This document shows, one piece after another, positions 63,315-64,000 of a DNA stretch of 64,000 bases. This stretch comes from Chiloscyllium plagiosum (lineage: Eukaryota). The stretch covers positions 69,319,850-69,383,849 of the forward strand of contig NC_057711.1 in NCBI RefSeq assembly GCF_004010195.1, written 5' to 3'. Every line of letters starts with the position of its first letter. The stretch's first letter is position 1. Below the pieces are notes generated by a model. It ran no database searches and was not told the origin of the DNA. It saw only the letters and a list, made by a program, of their open reading frames with translations. A program made the position numbers and the translations under genes.

Positions 63315-64000
63315 ATTGTGGGAACTCAGTGACCTTTCCATTGTCCCTGACTCCTTCACGTGCAGGCAGTGTGTCCAGCTGTAGCTCCTGTCTGATCGCC
63401 TGACAGCTCTGGAGCAGCAGCTGGATTCACTTTAGAGCATCCACAAGGCTGAGGGAATAGTGGATAGCAGATTCAGTTAGTTGGTCACACAGCAGATAAA
63501 AATCACTGAGGAAGATAGGGAATGGGTGACAACCAGACAGAGGAAAAGTAGGAAGGCAGTCCCTCCAAAACAGATGTACGCTGTTGGGGGAAATAGCTCA
63601 CAAAGTGAAGGCGGCAGTAGCCAGGTTCATGACACTGTGGCTAGCACTGCTGCACAGGTGGGCAGGAGAAAGAGTGGCAGAGCTATAGTGATAGGAGATT
63701 CAGTTGTAAGAGGAATACATATGTGTTTCTGTGGCAAACAAGAGTCCAGGATGGTACAAGTGTCAAGGATATTTCAGAGCTGCTGCAGGACATTTTGGAG
63801 GGGGAGGCTCAACAGCCAGCTGTCGTGGTGCGTATAGGCACCAAAAGTATAAACTTGAAATAGAATGAGGCCCTTCAAACTGAAATTAGGGAGTTGGGAG
63901 TTAAAGTAAAAAGTAGGACCTCAAAGGTAGTAATTCTAGGATTGCTACCTGTGCCACGTGCTAGTCAGAGAGTAGGAATGGCAAGATAGCTAAGATGAAT
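63315..64000 (+). mobile_element. CR1 ORF1 remnant (zinc finger/coiled coil plus SGNH esterase domain), continuing past the window
   Basis: VPDSFTCRQCVQL..LSDRLTALEQQLD and AIVIGDSVVRG, the GDS motif typical of CR1 ORF1. Confidence 0.8.

Overview
Eukaryotic, repeat-rich genomic DNA from a cartilaginous fish, inferred from HE1-type SINEs and shark-type CR1 LINEs; species not determinable here. It holds the first three coding exons of SNCAIP (synphilin-1) on the + strand (CDS 22535-22591, 33471-33543, 58254-59128). The rest is intronic or upstream sequence packed with decayed CR1 LINEs, a second LINE family, Penelope-like elements with minimal hammerhead motifs, tRNA-derived SINEs, two decayed Gypsy LTR retrotransposons, a Gypsy solo LTR, an ERV-like solo LTR and an 878-bp N gap. 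The most unusual structure is a normally ~240-bp Gypsy LTR inflated to ~6.3 kb (9202-15461). Three ~2-kb non-coding, A-tailed units are stacked at one site next to the LTR TATA box, each bounded by a ~65-75-bp repeat of LTR sequence. A fourth unit sits at the same site in the other LTR, and a Tx1-like ORF2 fragment sits at that site in a second Gypsy copy. This suggests a site-specific retroposon system that parasitises the LTR promoter. Also notable are three same-polarity local inverted duplications, a CR1 with a twin-priming-like 5' inversion, and an overlapping SNCAIP reading frame that ends exactly at an exon boundary. All family names come from recognition of motifs, not from database searches.
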